From Takakia lepidozioides (taxonomy: Eukaryota > Plantae > Bryophyta), in contig CM060731.1 in assembly GCA_030704615.1 (NCBI GenBank), forward strand, positions 60,698,001-60,762,000: 64,000 nucleotides of DNA. The letters are read 5' to 3'. A program made the position numbers and the translations under genes. The stretch's first letter is position 1. Every line of letters begins with the position of its first letter. Shown here one piece after another: positions 15,301 through 27,400 of the stretch. The notes below the pieces were generated by a model that was not told where the DNA came from, did not search any database, and worked only from the letters and a program-made list of their open reading frames with translations.

Positions 15301-15992
15301 GCTTAGCTCCAGTTTGGTGCTTCCAAACCACCTGCAACCTCAGTCTCAGGTGGCCCTATGATTCTTGTGTCCCTACATTTTTATCTTGTCCTCCCTTTGT
15401 CCTTCTACATTTCACACGTGTCTGTTCACAGGGGCCAAAGCCCATTATCTGTATAAATGCAATGCAGCTAGGACAACAGTGTTGCCAAAACAACCCCGTG
15501 CTACGAACCTTTTGCTTTCTGCCTCCCTCCTGGAGGTTAGAGGTGGAGGCATGCTTTCCTCTTTTTCATAGCGCAAGTGCTATTAATTGTGGGGCACATA
15601 CTACTGTCTGCAAGACATTGCAGAGGCCTCCCAGAGGACCCAAAGTGGTTAGTATGAGGCACTCAGTCTCATACAAAGTTTGGGATTCACTGGTGTTCTT
15701 TGTTTGTAGTTGTCTTTTGTTCTTTTCTTTTTTAGTTCTGTATAAATTGCTGCTCCGGTGAAGTAGTCTCTGTGTACAGTTGGTGGGCTAGTAGGCCAGG
15801 ACTACAGAGTGAGCCTCCAGTGATGGGACTAGCAGCCCTCTGTGCAAACTAGACCTTTACATCATGGAGGTTACATCATGGAGATTTAGCAACCCTTCTG
15901 AAATTGCTGTTGGATGTCTGCAGCCAATCACATTATACTTGGTCTCGGACTGCTACTTGGGATTGGACCAGGAGTATGATATTGGATCGTGA
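348..15992 (+). CDS. ASCC3: ASCC3/Slh1-like (plant DExH14) Ski2-family helicase, 3' part (first Sec63 domain, second helicase cassette, second Sec63 domain); 5' part lies upstream of the window
   Basis: 28 exons read by splice sites and frame: 348-560, 1155-1310, 1519-1743, 1946-2047, 2406-2486, 2721-2801, 3121-3324, 3559-3675, 3819-3941, 4266-4355, 4575-4700, 5300-5363, 5587-~5675, 5905-5995, 7307-7456, 8725-8916, 9031-9096, 9318-9473, 10798-10941, 11121-11188, 12670-12838, 13089-13151, 13796-13891, 14239-14406, 14554-14742, 14949-15101, 15215-15349, 15924-15992. Motifs: [21 protein letters not shown] (Walker A), [37 protein letters not shown], terminal [15 protein letters not shown], then TGA. 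Confidence 0.95.
6463..7275 (+). mobile_element. Intronic cluster of LINE 3'-end fragments (family B 6463-6695, family A ~6924-7105, B tail ~7120-7225, A tail ~7240-7275)
   Basis: Closely similar to the 3' ends of the longer copies at 11617-12225 (…GCACCATTTCATTTC) and 9578-10611 (…GGCTACGGCAAACAACGTCTTATGAGTACATTCTC). Confidence 0.85.
9578..10611 (+). mobile_element. 5'-truncated non-LTR retrotransposon (LINE family A, RTEX-like): RT thumb and C-terminal CCHC zinc finger
   Basis: ORF 9621-10427 begins [12 protein letters not shown]…LESIQ (post-RT thumb) and contains [11 protein letters not shown]…[19 protein letters not shown] 14-bp target-site duplication TCTCAAGTAGTGTA sits at 9564-9577 and 10612-10625. 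The ORF stop at 10427 comes from a small deletion; the copy at ~27150-27220 reads through as …[11 protein letters not shown] second short family A tail follows at 10626-10710. Confidence 0.85.
11400..12542 (+). mobile_element. Intronic LINE cluster: 5'-truncated LINE family B (ORF 11617-12114, (CATTT)n tail to ~12225) plus further A and B 3' tails
   Basis: ORF ends [16 protein letters not shown]…CPACIG…[17 protein letters not shown], an RTEX-type C-terminal zinc finger. The 3' UTR ends in tandem CATTT. Flanked by B tails (11400-11540, 12225-12320) and A tails (11549-11586, 12346-12542). Confidence 0.85.
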
Positions 15993-17370
15993 GGTCAGAA
16001 TTGTTCCAACCTGAATGTAAGGGTTGTCCCTTTCCTTGAGGAACACCACTGCCAAAGGCATCCACTGGGACCTGCTTTGCCCGCACAACGCGCCCAGGAC
16101 AGTGAGATTGGCTTCAAATCGCCTGGCATGCTCACAAGCATAAATGGCAGAAGCAGCAGACAGAGACAGAACAAGACTGGAAATCACTGGAATTCTTTGG
16201 GTGATGTCATATGTCAAGTGGGCTGTCATGTGTATTTGGAAAGCAACAACCCGTAGTTCACAACCCATGTGACGGGAATGGTAATACCATCATTCTATAA
16301 TTTCTGCATTTGGCTGCCCCAACAATTGGTTGGTTGCAGAGCATTTGAATGTCTGCATATCACCTCCGAACTTATTTGTCCCTGTAGACTATAGTAAATG
16401 GACATTGCTCAATTGAGGCTGCCTCAGCCCACCTGACCAAAGGACAAGGCTCAGGTGAATAGGAGGGAAACACAAAACACCAATCACTGAAGGATTTTGA
16501 GTTCTTGTGGCGGTTTCTCTGTCATTCACTTTCAGTGCAGATGCATGACCTAGGTGGCAAACCAAATCAACTAGGGGCATGGAGTGTGGTGTGTTATGCC
16601 AATAGCAGAGCAGGGTAGCTAAGTTGGTATGGAAGTGAACTCAAAAGTTGTGCATTTGCTGACTCTGAGTCAGAAGGAAGATTTTTATACTAGTTATTTG
16701 CTTAGACGTAGGCCCACACAAAAACCGTGTTTGGGCGACTTCCGAAGTGAAGCACACCCAAGACACCCATCAAATCCCAAAGACCTCAAAGACACCCATT
16801 TCCTCCCTCAAATCATCCCGGGGCTCACCCATGTCAACGACAAGCTCTCATCTCCAATACTGAACAGCGAAAAAGTCATGTGGGTGGTTTGACAAGCCTG
16901 ATGCCTGGTCATCGATAGAGCGAAGTAGGCAGTGCACAACTCGGGCCATTTCGCTTGAAAGGAAGAGAAGTGCGAAGACGGCAAGTAAAACAATCAAAGC
17001 GAGAAAGGGATTACAGGCGTTTACACGGACGCATGTGTGAGCAGTGCAAACGCACAGCTTCGCAGTTTTGTGGGATCGGAGCAGGACAAGGGGGTGGATG
17101 TGGTAGGCGACAAGGCTGGAGCTGAGGCCGCACCATGCTGGCAGCAGCAATAGAAGAGAGTCGAGACCCATCTAACCCAGATTTGCGGATTTGGTAGCCT
17201 GCACGGGAAGTGTGCAACAGGTGGGCTGGGTTGGGAAAGGCTTTGGCATGCCAGTCAGGGGCATGCCAGAGGACATTGGGGCCCTCGGATGAGGGAGTGT
17301 GAAGACGGTGTTTAGGGAAGGGAGGAGCATCCAGTGTTGGCACAGGGAATTTCAGTCGGAGACAGTAGGA

Positions 17371-20271
17371 ATGTCTGTCACTGATATACGAGAGCGCCAC
17401 ACAGCAGCGAAAGCGCAGGTTCACAGCTTGCGGGAGCGATTGCGAGAGCGCCGGGACGTATTGTCTGACATTGATGGTGGGTGTCCCCTTACCTCTTACT
17501 ATCTCCCCCTAACGCATCTTATTTGCTCGAGCTCGGAGTAGGAGTCTATGAGACAGTCGACCGGAATATTAACTCAGCAGGATTTGAGTCGCTAAAGCAT
17601 GCGACAAAGCAACTCAGCTGCCTGTCCTTCGATCAAGTTTACGGTGCAGTTTTAGCTTAGGTGTTGCATGTCGTTGGGGATTCAATCAACCGTTGCAAGA
17701 TAGGTTTCCTGCAGGTCTTGGGCCTAAGAAAGCGTACTACATTGCCCTCTCGAAAAATTTCAAGCTGGATACAGTGTGGCACTACTGATCGAGCAGACTT
17801 CACAGTAGCAGGGTAGAGTTCACTGACTGGGAGTAGGTTGTAACTGGCCAGTGAACTGATTAGGGTATTGCATATTTCCCCTGGGACGGAAGCAGAAGGC
17901 TGGTGCAAGTGTTGCTTCTGAAGGCAAGCTGAGACATCACTTTGGAAACCTCTTTGGAGACAAATACCATGTACCCACCCCCAGGTGAGATAGACTAGCC
18001 TTGTCAAAGCTGGGATGCTGACTGTGAATGACTGACTTGGGAATTCTTGGAGGGATGGGTGGCCAGTGGCCACATATGCGAAAAATCTAGGGCGTGCAGC
18101 TGTCAGATTCAATAGTGACGACTTCAAGTGCTGCAGAACACTTCAGGGGCACGAGGGCAAGGTGTGTTGCTTGCGCTCTGTACCCTACAGGTTGACATCT
18201 GCGGCACTGATGATGAATTGTCATAGATAAGAAAGGCACTCTTGATAAGATCATATCCTGAAAGACAGCCTTTGCACTCTCTGTAGCTCATCAATACATT
18301 TCTTTCGCTTCCCATCTCAGGGATAAAAGATCCAATCTGAGAAAGCTTGCCCTGCATATGAGCAAGGGTGCCCTTATGTGGGCAGGATGGATTAATCATG
18401 AATCTCTTATGGCTTGCAAATAGAGGGTCTCTGTGGAATTTGACCACTATATATGGACTGAGAACTAGAAGGGTTTTATTGGGTTGGGGGAGGTTTCAGA
18501 TCTATTCTCTCGATTGGTCATACAGAGAGACGACAAGGATAGTGTCAGCGTCACAGGATGGGAGGCTCATTGTGTGGAATGCAGTGTCAAGTCAAAAAAC
18601 GCATGCCATCAAGCTCGCGTGTGCTTGGGTTATGGCAGCTGCCTTCTCTCCTGCTGGGAATGCTGTGGCTTGTGGGGGTCTAGACAATGTCTGCTCCATC
18701 TTCAACCTCAATTCCCCGCCTGACAGGGATGGAAACCTGCCTGTCTCACGCACACTCATGGGCCACAAAGGATACCTCTCCTGTTGTCGCTATGTTCCAG
18801 ATCATGAATCACAAATTATTACCAGCTCTGGAGACCAAACATGCATTTTATGGGATACAGAAACCAGCCAGCGCATTGCTGTCTTTGGAGGTGACTCTCC
18901 ATCCGGCCATAATGGTGACATCATGAGGTGACTTCCGGGGCCAAGCACTATCTCTGCTTTGTCTTCTCTAGTGCAACTTTAGTGTATTTTCCTACCTGTC
19001 ACATGACTGTGCACGCTACCTCAAGTGTCATTCCGTGCAGCATGGCAGATCATATCTGTATATCTGGTGGTGTGTAGTGCAGAGCTTGGTGTTTGATGAT
19101 GGGAAGTTCATGCTCTGGAATGCTCCACCAAGCCACTCTTTGGTGGAGCTTCTTGACATTACGGGATCTTTATTTTTCCCTTGACCATACTAGGTAGGTC
19201 TGAGGGTGATCTGTTTGCATGGTTGTTGGTCTTAGCCCCATAGTAATGAAATGCAAAGGGTGTCGTTCTTCGCATCCTGCTGTGTCAGGCAGCTATGTTG
19301 AGATCATGTGAAGGGGGCTGACTCATGTGGGGTGGTGGCAGTGTATCCATTAGCACAAGCAACTCAAAACTGTTTGTTTCGGGGTCATGTGACATGACTG
19401 CAAAGCTGTGGGACGCGCGAACTGCGTCTCGGGCACAGCACACCTTTCAAGGACATGATGGTGATGTCAATGCTGTGCAATTCCTGCCTGATGGGCTTCA
19501 CTTTGGAACGGGAAGTGACGATGGCAGCTGCCGGCTATTTGATACTCGCACTGGACACGAGCTCCAGCAGTACCGGGACACAGTCCATGGCCCTGCCCAC
19601 GTCACTTCTATCGCCTTCTCCTATTCAGGCCGCCTTCTGTTTGCTGGCTATTCAAATGGCAATTGCTATGTTTGGGATACCCTTCTAGCCAAGGTAGGTG
19701 GGGCACTGCCTCTTGTTCGACAATCTCTGCATATTACCTGGACATCTGCTGGTATCCTCATATGAACAGGCTAGATGTACAGGGTAGGCAATGAATATTT
19801 CGTGGCTGGATGGCAGCATGACAGTATGTTGGCAGGACATGCAAAGATACCATGCAAAATTAACGTTTGGTCTGACATGTACACATCGTAGCTACAAGTG
19901 TGACCTGTGAGAAGTGCTAAATGTGGGTTGAAGGGAAGTAAAACATGCTCATCCTAACAAGGTGTTTGTGTCTGATGTAAACACAGGTGGTAACAAACTT
20001 GGGGGGTGGGGTGGGAGGGGGCCACAGTAATCGAGTCAGCTGCCTTGGTGTGGCATCAGATGGGAGCGCTCTCTGCACGGGGAGTTGGGACAAATGCCTC
20101 AAGGTTTTGTCCATACTTCGCTCAGAAGCTTTCCATTGACTAGATAGCACACTGTATGTGGGTCCAAATCACACCCAATGGACTCAGCGCCATGTTATCT
20201 GGTTTAACAGGCCAACTCTGTGTGGGCATGTGCAGGTGTGGGCATATGCCGGTAACCGACCAGTAGTCTGA
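17371..20271 (+). CDS. AGB1: Heterotrimeric G-protein β subunit (plant AGB1 type, WD40)
   Basis: Exons 17371-17476, 18067-18161, 18500-18927, 19342-19693, 19987-20103, 20236-20271. N-terminal coiled coil [10 protein letters not shown]…, [64 protein letters not shown]; ends [11 protein letters not shown]. Confidence 0.96.
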
Positions 20272-20839
20272 ACCTGACCAGTAGCAGATTAGCTGCTAAC
20301 TTGCCCTTACGAATTGACGAACTGAAGCCACTACTTCTTCATCGCATCTTGGTTAGTTGCACAGCCAGGTTACCAAATGATGTGGAGGCAGCCACGCATC
20401 CTGGCTGCTTATGTCAGGTGGTGTACACCAGCACATACTATCGTCTAGACTGATTGTTGGTATTATGCTTGCAGTCTAGTCATGATGTTCTTGTGTGGTA
20501 TAGAGATTTGTAAGAAAAATAAGGGTTGGCCACCCAAGGAAATGGTCAATGTAGCATAGGGCTGTCAGTGGATTACAGCATCTTTTGACCTACCCAATGC
20601 ACATTCCATTTTTTAATTGGGAACAGCAGAAAAGTGCAGACTTGCGAATCTTGCAGAATTAGTGAGATTGGCCAGGGGAGGTGCCCCTTCAACTGTGCAC
20701 ACCTTGATTATAGTTGTGAGTATGGTTGCACTATGTCAAGTACATGTTGTGATATCACAATGTGCATGTATCATTATTCCGTACTTCAATGCAGCAAGCC
20801 ACACCACCTCCACAGGAATTAAACTACAATGTACAAAAC

Positions 20840-23559
20840 TTAAATTCTCCTTCTGTTATCTTGGCGCTGTCTTTTCCCAGCAGGCCCAGTGCCATCATTC
20901 ATATCCACTGCTTTGGCCGGCACATGAGTATATATGTTCCCAGCTGCTTCCATTCTCCCTGCCGAGTGCGGCTTTCGCAGGCTCACATCTGAAACCTGCA
21001 CCCCACACTCAGTTAGTTTGTAGAGCATGCATCAGACATAATGGGAACAGCCCCCATCTCTCAGAGACATCTCCCTCCCACCTGCCTCTCCAGTTACAAC
21101 ATGAAGGCAAAACTAACCTTCTTAAGCTTTTGCCGAACAGACTGGATTGTTGCATCCATAGACGGTCCTCCAAAATGCTGCACAGCCCCCAAGTCCTCCA
21201 CATTTACCATTAATTGCTGCTGATTTCAGCAAGTCTGAAATGAGGTGTAGTATATGTAGACCGATATGTACAAGCCCTACACATCAAATTGTGAACTCTT
21301 TTCAGCAGAACCAGCAAGACATCAAATGACATTAGGTGCAACTTTGCTGTCCAACACATATTATTAAAGCAAGCTTAGACCAATCACTTCCATCTGTCCA
21401 ACTAGAATAGCAGAAGGATGTGGCATTCCCACCTGGTAATGAGCATTGCTGCTGCTTTCATCCTGGTGTGGAGGCACAATTTGCACTGGCCTGAGCTCAA
21501 CTGTCCCCCTGGTCCTGGCACCCACATCACCAAGTGCTGGTTAGTCAGGTTGCTCATTCACACACTATCCTCCTCTACTGAGCACATCTGGGTTGATGGG
21601 GAAGAATGGATGCAAGCCAGGTCACATGGTCTCCTCACAACACCACTATACCTTTGGGTACACAAAATGAGCCACCAGACTAAATAAGTTCCCAAAGAAG
21701 TTTCACCCTCTCAGGCATCTTGCGACTGATGTCATGGGACGGCCATACAAAGCCTGGAGGTTGGTCCCATGGGTTTCACCAAACCATATGCATACCTAAA
21801 AGTTCTGCTTCTCCAATTAAATGTAGGGCATACTTCCTAGATGACTGTTTCACTACAACCCATGACCTAGTCACTGCCAAGGTAAAGGGTTGATCCTTAC
21901 GCTGATGGGAACGGGAGTTGTTCAAGAGCAGAAGGAGTGGGTTGTTCCACTTTCCGTGAGCCAGGTACCGAGGTCCTGAGAAGAGGGTCTGTGGGCCCTT
22001 GTGCTTTCCACTGCCGTTGTCTCTCATCTGTCTTGGAGTTGGCTGCATCCACAGCATTACACAGCATTACTTCCAAGATTCAATCACCTCTGGACCACGG
22101 ACTCCACAAGAACTTAATACTCCCCAATGCCGCTAATCCTTATACTCGATAGCTTCATTTGTATATGCTTCTTCCATCTCTTGAGGAAGAGAGAGAAAGA
22201 ATGAAGGAAACTGCGTGAAGTCCAAAGTGACCCCCAGGGCCATCAGAGAGAGAGGGTTGTTGATTGGTGGGAGGGGAATGCTCACACTTGAGTCGGTTCA
22301 GAACAGTACGTCGCCGTTCTTCCAGTTTGTTGTTAGTGTCAGCAACAGACTCGTAGTCAGGGGCATAGGAGACCTGCAACAAGTGCCCCAGAAATTGATA
22401 CTCATCTAGCTTCCTCTTGGCAAACCTGCAACCCCATATGCCACCCCACCATGTCTCTACCACCTCCATATGTTGTTACATTCACAATGTCTATAACGGC
22501 ACAAAACCATATGCATGATTGCAGATAATTATATATTACATTGCAAACGCATGCTTACCGTGCATTGCTGATATGTGCAAACTTTAGCCAGTAGACATCC
22601 GTAAATTCCTCACACTCCTCCTCGTCCATCAGCCTGTACCTGCAATTGCTCCCCCCAACTGAGTGTGAGAAAATCCTTAGTTTCTGCTTCTGTTCCATAG
22701 GTTGTAGAAAAAGTACTGTGTGTTGTATTTCACAGCCAATATTTCACATTTCTCCTGTATCGTCAGCAAAAAGGATTGACTGATTTAGAAGTCAATGAAA
22801 TATCCGTACAAGCATCAAGATATCTGCATACTTACAATTAAAAGTAGCCACAACAGTACTGAGAAGAACTGATGTACACTTGAAGCCCATAGGCCGTCTT
22901 TCAATGCGGCTATAAACATTGGTTAGTTCATGTATTCAGAAGTGGAGTCCACAAGGATTTGTGCTTTTATATTAATCTCAACATCTAGAGCTCAGCAGTG
23001 CATGACAATGGTGGTCCACCATACTTACTCTTCAATTGGACCATACAGGCCAAACAGCTTCACCAGCTCATCAATACAGCCCAAGGCTGGGACGTTCCTC
23101 ACAATCAGGTATCTGCAAGATATCCAGATCATGGTCTCTGAAAAGAAGTCAAACAGCAGCCTGCATGCACAGAACCAGGTCCAGACCCTTCTTCATACTT
23201 GCAAAGTGCTGATCCAAGATTAGTACAGAATTCAACAAGAAGGGGACATAAGATGAAGCTGCCAGTGAGATCTCCAAACCCGAGACTCACACCTAATTTT
23301 TGCACACAACACCCTCCTTCTTGTGGTCTTGAGTGTTGAGAGATACCGAAAAGATTAGAGTTTAGGAATGCCCTGCACCTCCGCACTCGTGGCATGGCTC
23401 AAGCTCAGAATTCAGCACGTATTTTATTTTTATTGTGGATAGCAAACGCAACATCCTAAAGGGGCTGTGAAGTGCAGGAGATGACCTAGATTCGTGACAG
23501 ACTGTGTACACTCGCACGGCGGGGATGCGGCGGCCGCTGCGATACTCTGGCCTCTCCAT
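20840..23559 (-). CDS. RBM48: RNA-binding protein 48 (RRM; minor-spliceosome component)
   Basis: Exons 23559-23486, 23112-23029, 22639-22559, 22425-22286, one or more poorly conserved middle exons (~22042-21901, ~21516-21433; boundaries uncertain), ~21178-21119 and ~20995-20840. Conserved PAVRVYTVCHESRYLIVRNVPALG, NARFAKRKLDEYQFLG…VSYAPDYES, SMDATIQSVRQKL, C-terminal DNRRRI*. Confidence 0.88.
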
Positions 23560-24467
23560 CAGCCTGGCTCGTCCCAAATAGCTGTATTCCTAAAATTTTC
23601 CTTACTTCACCAACGTGCTCACCACACTCTGAACAGGTCACACACATACAGGCTTTTCTAAGCACGAATCAGCTGCTCCCTTACTACGGCTTACTTCTGA
23701 TGTGCTTAATTGGCCCCATACTTCGCCATCAACCAAATCTCAACAACCCTACAGGAATCCATCACTGTTGCATCTCATTCTTAAATGAAGTCACCTCACG
23801 AGCAAACCCACCAAAACTCCAGTAACCCTTTGCCTTGTAGCCTGCAAGGTGTGCCGAAACAGATGCAAGCTCGGTAAAGGAAAGCACGCAGAGATTGAGC
23901 TTTTGTTTATCGTCTTCTCAATTGCCAGTTGGATGGACAGTATTCATCATTGTCAAGTATCCCCATTGTGGGCAATGATCGTGGGGTATCTACCGGAAGA
24001 ATCAGTTCCAGGACAGATAACTCCCATGAGGATAGTGTGGATCCTTGATTTCGAGTAGTATTTTCCGTCCAACTGGGTTCTACTGTATTCTGTAGATTCT
24101 GGAGATACCTAGAGTAGAATTGAGGATCACGCAGAGCAGGTTCTGCATGCAATTGCGTTTTTTCACAAAAAATCCGGAAGCTTGTTAAGTTTGTTGGGTA
24201 CATTTGCTTTGGTTTGTGAAACCGCAGTTGATGCTGTTGGTGCACCTGTGACGGTAAAAGATTTCGTTGGAAAGGTGATGGTGGAGTCAAGAGCTTTCGC
24301 AGGTTCCTGGTTGCAGCGCCTCTGGAGCTGGAAAACCAACTCCTCGGAGGTTTTCTTTTTTATATCTGTACAGGAATAAGTTCTGATAGAGCAGTATTGA
24401 GGGAGGTACAGTTGCATGCTCGATAGATGCACTCAAATCACGAAGGAGCGGATAGTTGGGGGATAGC

Positions 24468-27400
24468 ATGATTCTGTCGAAGGCTCGTTCATCCGTCTCA
24501 TCACATGGGGACAGGAGCAAGCTCCATAGCAGCGCACAAAGTAAGAAGCCCGCTGCACCTGATTTGTTCCATATGCTGGATGCTCGGGATTACACGGGCG
24601 CTATAACTCTTCTTCAATTCAAGCGCCTGGTGAGAATGTGTTATTGAAGTCGTCATTGCTGTCCTGTCTTGTTTGCAGGGCATCAAATATGTGTCGTTTC
24701 AAACATATGCTGTGGTTGGTGAGTGGAAAGGGCTTGGTAAAAAAATGGTCTCTAACCTTTTTCTGCAATTTGCTTTCTCTGACGGAAAATTCTGATACCA
24801 GCAGAAGGGTATGGATAAAGTGGAGATTGGGACACTTTACCCACAGATCCCAGTGATCAAGCAGTAACTATACACATGAACTGTTGGGCTCAGGGGCAAC
24901 GATTTTATGCAACATTTTCCAGCCTAATGCACAATTCCCAATTATGTTTTTCTTGTGGGTTGAAAGATGTATTCCATTTCCGATTCAATTGTATCTTTAC
25001 CATGATACGGTAATCCCTACAGTATGTTATTGTAGCTGCACTAAACCATATGGCATCGCCAGATGAATGAAATGAGAGAAAATGTCTTATAGCCAAGAGC
25101 AATTGGAACGACGATATGGTAGGTTAGTTTGTTTGATTATCAAGAAGTGGAACATGGCAGGCAGATGTGTTGGATAAGAAAACAGTGGAGTGGCTGGCAT
25201 ATGCCTATTTCCATCACGGGGAGCATGATAAGGCTCTGATACTGTATAAAGAGCTTTTGGAGCTGCCTGATGTGGATCCCATGTACCATATCTTTGCAGC
25301 AGCCTGCCTTTTTTACATGGCAATCTACAATGAAGCGCAAGAAGCTGCTCTCCAAGGTACTACTTCTTCGTTAGTGTGGAGTGTCAGTGGAACTGCGTGG
25401 TTGCGCTACTCGGCATAAGTTCATGTCTTGTGTTAGTGGGTCAAAAATTTCAATGTGGGTCTTGTAGGCAAGGGACATAGTAAGTTGTAATCAGGACAAA
25501 ACTGCAGGTACATGGAGCAATACTGATGAGTTGGAGAAGCCCTGAAAAGTGCCCCTTTCAGGTAGGGGTTAATGAAACATGGATGAAGCTTGCTGAAAAT
25601 GTTTAAGCATTGATGCTTAAAATGGTGGGATGGTAAGGGCCGGAATGCCCACTGCAGATACGCATAATGTTTCACATTGCACATAGGGAGAACGACGAGA
25701 AGAAGTTGCTGGAATATCACACCAAACTTGGCGAGACCACAGAGGATAAGCTCAGTTTGGCAGCTATTCACTATTTACGTACCCATTATCAAGAAGCTAC
25801 TGACATCTACAAACGCCTTTTATTGGAAAACAGGAATTTATCTTTTCTCTTCACATTCCTAGACATATAGTGTCATCATGTTATCATGTTGTCCTTTTAA
25901 TCAATGTTGATCTCCTTTGTGATTGGCAGGGGATGTTGTTGGCTGATTAAGCTATTGCTTGAATGTTGATGAATTCTCTTCTTCCTCATTGTACAGGACT
26001 AATGCTCATATCCAGGTTGACAGCTGCCCAAACACCTGCAATGAAGCATGCATCTAGTCCTTATTATTCAAATTATTTTTATTGTGCTAGGTTCTTGGCT
26101 GACCATGGACCCTAAAACCTCAAAATCCAAGGTTCAGTCTTAAGGGTGAATGGCCGTAAGGGCTATGGCAAGCCAACGTTCGCAGGGAATGGCATGAGTA
26201 CATTCTTAAGCATAGAACCTCTATCACTTTACCATCAAACAGTACCTTCTGCTTTTCTCCCTCTTCCTACTCTAGTCACTTTTACTGACCACCATGTGTG
26301 GATCACTCAACAGAGAGTGGCTGGCATTGAATGTGTACGTGGCTTTGTGCTACTGTAATCTGGACTACTATGACGTGAGTCTTGAAATTTTGGATTCATA
26401 CTTACAGGTTAGCAACTATTACGATCAAGCACATCGCTGGTCTTGTCCCTTATAAATGCAACTGGCCTCAATTGTATTGACTGTAACTTTACTAGCTCTG
26501 TAATGCAATGGACCACTTTCTAGGGTCCTGGGTTCATATCCACATATCCTGTGTTGGAGATGCCCCTGAGCAGTTGGTGGGGGACAGTGCCTGGCCAACC
26601 TGGATACCTAGGGGCTCCAGAAAAAGTGTCCCGTCTACTTCAACTGTAGTCCTAATGGGTCAAGAATGCTTTCAGATGTTGTTCTTGTTCTTCCTCCAAA
26701 CATTGTAAAATATATTATCATATAGTTGCACATATATATCCACTGCTAAGTTGGCTCTGGTATGCTATTGGAGATCTATCGGGCATCAATTCTAATCCTT
26801 CAAACATTCTGCTACTCCAACCATTTTATCTGGTTTATAATGGATTGTTGTACACTCCAAAGTTTTTCCTGCTGGGAGGAGACAAGTCAATTCTTGGATA
26901 GGATCAGCTGGGGTGCCTTACGCTATGATTTCAGGCATTTGAGACAATGATGATATGCTCATGATGCAACCTTCATGACACCAGGCACATCCTGACAGCG
27001 CCCTGGCCATCAATGTGAAGGTCTCTCTCTCTCTCTCTCTCTCTCTCCCCCTTTGTGTTCCGCTCAAACTGGGTGCGGGGTCAGTGGCCACAAGGCTACT
27101 TTGAAAGTCTCGAGGCTGAGCCAAAAGCCCAGGTCCTTTTGGGCCTAGTTATTGGGCACACCACACACAGCAGGTTGATGCTTGTGTAAAGGGATTTCTA
27201 GAGGATTTCTCGAAAACCCGGATCACCTGTTTATTCTAAGGTAAGTCTTACTACGGGCGTCAGCCCCTGACAAAGGTAGGTTCTGTCCCTTTGTGTTCCG
27301 CTCGAACTGGGCGCGGGGTCAATGGCCACAAGGCTACGACAAACATCGTCTTATGAGTACATTCTTTCCTTGAATGTGGCTAAGCTCTTTGTAACAGCAC

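Noticed and set aside
20617-21213. 198-aa plus-strand ORF
   Set aside because: Antisense to the RBM48 3' exons and UTR, non-ATG start, no protein-like features.
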